Positions 1 through 1,085 of a DNA stretch of 1,085 nucleotides are shown here, piece after piece; position 1 is the stretch's first letter, and each line of letters begins with the position of its first letter. The notes beneath the pieces were generated by a model. It was given only the letters and a program-made list of their open reading frames with translations, ran no database searches and was not told the origin of the DNA. A program made the position numbers and the translations under genes. Origin of the DNA: Naegleria gruberi (taxonomy: Eukaryota); NCBI GenBank assembly GCA_000004985.1, contig GG739571.1; one strand, written 5' to 3'.

Positions 1-552
1 TCTCTTTCTTGTGTTCACAATCTTTTCAGGTTTTGTTTCTTCCTTGCTATCAGATTTCTTATCATTAATATTTGCTACTATAACATCATTGGATTTCTTG
101 GTATCCACGACAGGTTTATGCTTGTTGTCTACCTTTGGAAATTCCGATTTCTTTTCAATAGTTTGTACTTCTGGTTTAGAAGTAGCTGGTGTTGATGGTT
201 GTTTCTTTGGTTGAACAGGACCAACAAAAGATGGATCTCCTTCCTTTGGGAAAGATTTCTTTTCATTAACGTTGGAAACAATTCCAGTGTTAACAGGTGA
301 GCTTACTGAAGCTGGTTTAGATACAGGTTGAGCAGCAGCTGGTTTAGAAACTGGTTGTGCCACTGGAGGTGGTCTTGAAACTGGCTGTGGAGGTGGTTGA
401 GCTCTAGCCACGGACGGAGCAGCAGCTCTTGGTGGTGCTGATGAACCCTTACCGGCATGTGCATACATGCTCAAGAATGCAATCACACACACCAAGACAA
501 CCCCAATTAAAAGTGAAAAATTACTCCTTCTAGGCTTAATCATTATTTGCAT
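1..552 (-). CDS. 5'-complete, 3'-truncated CDS for a secreted or type-II membrane protein with a Pro/Ala/Ser/Lys-rich low-complexity ectodomain. In-frame ATGs lie at 552-550 and 543-541, and the frame stays open to the window edge (at least 181 codons from the 543 start).
   Basis: My own translation of the reverse complement gives (MQI)MIKPRRSNFSLLIGVVLVCVIAFLSMYAHAGKGSSAPPRAAAPSVARAQPPPQPVSRPPPVAQPVSKPAAAQPVSKPASVSSPVNTGIVSNVNEKKSFPKEGDPSFVGPVQPKKQPSTPATSKPEVQTIEKKSEFPKVDNKHKPVVDTKKSNDVIVANINDKKSDSKEETKPEKIVNTRKR... There is no stop in 181 codons. An in-frame TAG at 558-556 bounds the ORF upstream. Codon usage is yeast-preferred (CCA, GCT, GGT, AGA, TTG, AAA, GTT, TCT). The ATG at 543 has A at -3 (caaataATG). 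The ORF track omits this gene because it is truncated; its plus-strand 11-214 ORF is the antisense shadow. Confidence 0.85.
   Translation of the reverse strand, partial: MQIMIKPRRSNFSLLIGVVLVCVIAFLSMYAHAGKGSSAPPRAAAPSVARAQPPPQPVSRPPPVAQPVSKPAAAQPVSKPASVSSPVNTGIVSNVNEKKSFPKEGDPSFVGPVQPKKQPSTPATSKPEVQTIEKKSEFPKVDNKHKPVVDTKKSNDVIVANINDKKSDSKEETKPEKIVNTRKR
304..390 (-). repeat. Degenerate in-frame tandem repeat of three units (about 30, 27 and 27 bp) encoding QPVSRPPPVA / QPVSKPAAA / QPVSKPASV in gene A.
   Basis: On the plus strand, 'ctggtttaga' recurs at 312-321 and 339-348 (27 bp apart), and 'gaaactgg(t/c)tgtg' recurs at 347-359 and 377-389 (30 bp apart). The encoded QPVS[KR]P motif occurs three times with a 9-10 residue period. 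Confidence 0.6.
463..516 (-). other. N-terminal hydrophobic segment of gene A (SLLIGVVLVCVIAFLSMY), preceded by a basic n-region (KPRRS) and followed by AHA|GKG (codons at 456-454). It is either a cleavable signal peptide or an uncleaved type-II signal anchor.
   Basis: About 18 consecutive hydrophobic residues follow two arginines. The Ala-X-Ala motif (AHA) immediately downstream fits the -3/-1 rule for signal peptidase. An 18-residue h-region is long for a signal peptide, so an anchor cannot be excluded from sequence alone. Confidence 0.6.
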
Positions 553-797
553 ACACTAGAGAGAAATGTGTTCTTTTTTTTAAAGATGAATTAATTGAGC
601 ATTGCTTTGGGGTGTTCCATTTACTGTGGGCCATTAACGAGAGCATTGAACACAATAAGGGTATTGTACTTGTATCGGAAGAGATTTGAATGAGCGGTTT
701 TAAAATACTGAATGTTGGGTGTTAGTTGTTTGCAAAAGAATCGGTTTCTGTAAACACAACAACTGCTACACTACAATGGTGAGAAAAGGTAATTGAG
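553..797 (-). promoter_or_regulatory. Intergenic region holding the gene A promoter/5' leader and the gene B 3' UTR/terminator. The minus strand carries A/T-rich TATA-like elements, TATTTTAAAA (707-698) and CTTTAAAAAAAAG (585-573).
   Basis: It sits between the gene B stop (886, or 798 if frameshifted) and the gene A ATG. TATTTTAAAA lies about 150 nt upstream of the ATG, which fits yeast TATA-to-start spacing. The A8 tract at 581-574 is only about 25-35 nt from the ATGs and more likely acts as a nucleosome-excluding poly(dA:dT) element or part of the leader. No experimental support. Confidence 0.3.
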
Positions 798-935
798 TCA
801 ACCATTATCCAATATTGTAAGTTCAGAAATAGTTGTCTCATCACTCTCCATAGTAATAGCATTTGGATCAAAATCATCACCTTGTTTAACTTTTCGATAT
901 TGAATTGCGTTTCCAATAATATATGATAAAATTTC
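798..935 (-). CDS. Putative +1-frame continuation or true C-terminal tail of gene B. It is a 45-codon open stretch (EILSYIIGNAIQYRKVKQGDDFDPNAITMESDETTISELTILDNG*) ending at a TGA at 800-798.
   Basis: It is open in the +1 frame relative to gene B, from the TAA at 938-936 to the TGA at 800-798. Between 878 and 801 it uses almost exclusively yeast-preferred codons (GAT, TTT, CCA, AAT, GCT, ATT, ACT, GAA, TTG, GGT). It encodes a natural-looking acidic tail (DDFDPNAITMESDETTISELTILDNG). It lacks an ATG of its own, which fits a continuation of the upstream ORF through a 1-nt frame change somewhere in 938-889. The third frame (ORF-track 722-916) translates to hydrophobic, W-rich junk. Confidence 0.4.
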   Translation of the reverse strand, partial: EILSYIIGNAIQYRKVKQGDDFDPNAITMESDETTISELTILDNG

Positions 936-1085
936 TTACGAATGATCCATCATAGGCAATTAAATTATCAAAATGTTTTGCATTGTTTAATCTAGCAATT
1001 TCTTCCTCTCTTAAATCATTAGAAATCACATGAATATTATTCATTAAAAACCTAGCAACAGTCTCTTCCGATAATTCTATCAATT
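886..1085 (-). CDS. 3' portion (frame 0) of a CDS whose N-terminus lies beyond the right edge of the window. It ends at a TAA at 888-886. Product unknown.
   Basis: Translation gives ...(L)IELSEETVARFLMNNIHVISNDLREEEIARLNNAKHFDNLIAYDGSFVRNFIIYYWKRNSISKS*. It is open from the window edge through 65 codons, with yeast-like codon usage and charged, helical-looking residues. The first codon (1083-1081) is TTG, so the ORF track's 'M' is an artefact. The last 17 or so codons (VRNFIIYYWKRNSISKS) use rarer codons (CGC, TCG, ATA) and may be out of the true frame; see the 798-935 feature. Confidence 0.7.
   Translation of the reverse strand, partial: LIELSEETVARFLMNNIHVISNDLREEEIARLNNAKHFDNLIAYDGSFVRNFIIYYWKRNSISKS

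Noticed and set aside
11-214. Plus-strand 67-aa ORF from the track (MFTIFSGFVSSLLSDFLSLIF...)
   Set aside because: It lies entirely antisense to the well-supported minus-strand gene A. The hydrophobic, S/F/L-rich composition is typical of a shadow ORF opposite a Lys/Glu/Pro-rich coding strand. There is no independent start context.
604-616. STRE (AGGGG/CCCCT) or a full Rap1 site at ttggggtg
   Set aside because: The G4 run lacks the flanking A of the STRE core in the required orientation, and it matches only the first 6 nt of the Rap1 consensus. It is too weak to call.
573-720. ARS consensus sequence (WTTTAYRTTTW) in the A/T-rich intergenic tracts
   Set aside because: The closest candidates (ATTTTAAAAC at 707-698; TTTTATCATAT near 932-922) each mismatch essential ACS positions. 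There is no support for an origin.
544-885. tRNA gene or other Pol III element in the intergenic region
   Set aside because: There are no A-box (TRGCNNAGTGG) or B-box (GGTTCGANTCC) matches on either strand, and no cloverleaf-compatible inverted repeats.
722-916. Minus-strand 64-aa ORF from the track (METQFNIEKLNKVMILIQMLLLWRVMRQLF...)
   Set aside because: Its first codon is TTG, not ATG. The translation is hydrophobic, W/L/M-rich junk. It overlaps the much more coding-like +1-frame acidic tail (798-935) and the frame-0 gene B end. It is most likely a chance open frame in AT-rich DNA.
708-939. Possible spliceosomal intron: GTAAGA 5' splice-site-like hexamer at 939-934 (minus), exactly where gene B frame 0 gives way to the +1 frame, with an AACTAAC branch-like motif at 727-721 and a CAG at 710-708
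   Set aside because: Budding-yeast introns need a near-invariant TACTAAC branch point and usually lie near the 5' end. No TACTAAC exists between 934 and 800. The only way to join frame 0 to the +1 tail (acceptor at AAG 884-882) would give a 58-nt intron with no branch site. Using the AACTAAC...CAG instead splices into the gene A promoter and gives a nonsense exon. A 1-nt frameshift is the simpler explanation.

Overview
The window reads as AT-rich nuclear DNA from a budding yeast (Saccharomycotina-like), not a prokaryotic locus. It holds two tandem genes on the minus strand, and both run off the window edges. The supplied ORF track therefore misses them; its leading 'M' residues at 1083 and 916 are TTG codons, not ATG. 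Gene A (minus, 552/543 down to 1, 3'-truncated) opens with a basic N-terminus and a roughly 18-residue hydrophobic segment ending in AHA. This is either a signal peptide or a type-II signal anchor. A Pro/Ala/Ser/Lys-rich low-complexity region with degenerate tandem repeats follows. Gene B (minus, from beyond 1085 down to a TAA at 886-888) is the C-terminal part of a protein I cannot identify. Just past its stop, the +1 frame carries a well-codon-optimised acidic 45-codon open stretch (935 down to a TGA at 798-800) that reads like a genuine C-terminal tail. The most interesting observation is this frame discontinuity. It could be a homopolymer indel, a frameshift allele or pseudogene, or, much less likely, programmed +1 frameshifting. 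The gene A promoter and gene B 3' region sit between 553 and about 797/885. I find no RNA genes, mobile elements, CRISPR or defence-type systems, and the window does not support any claim of a novel biological system.
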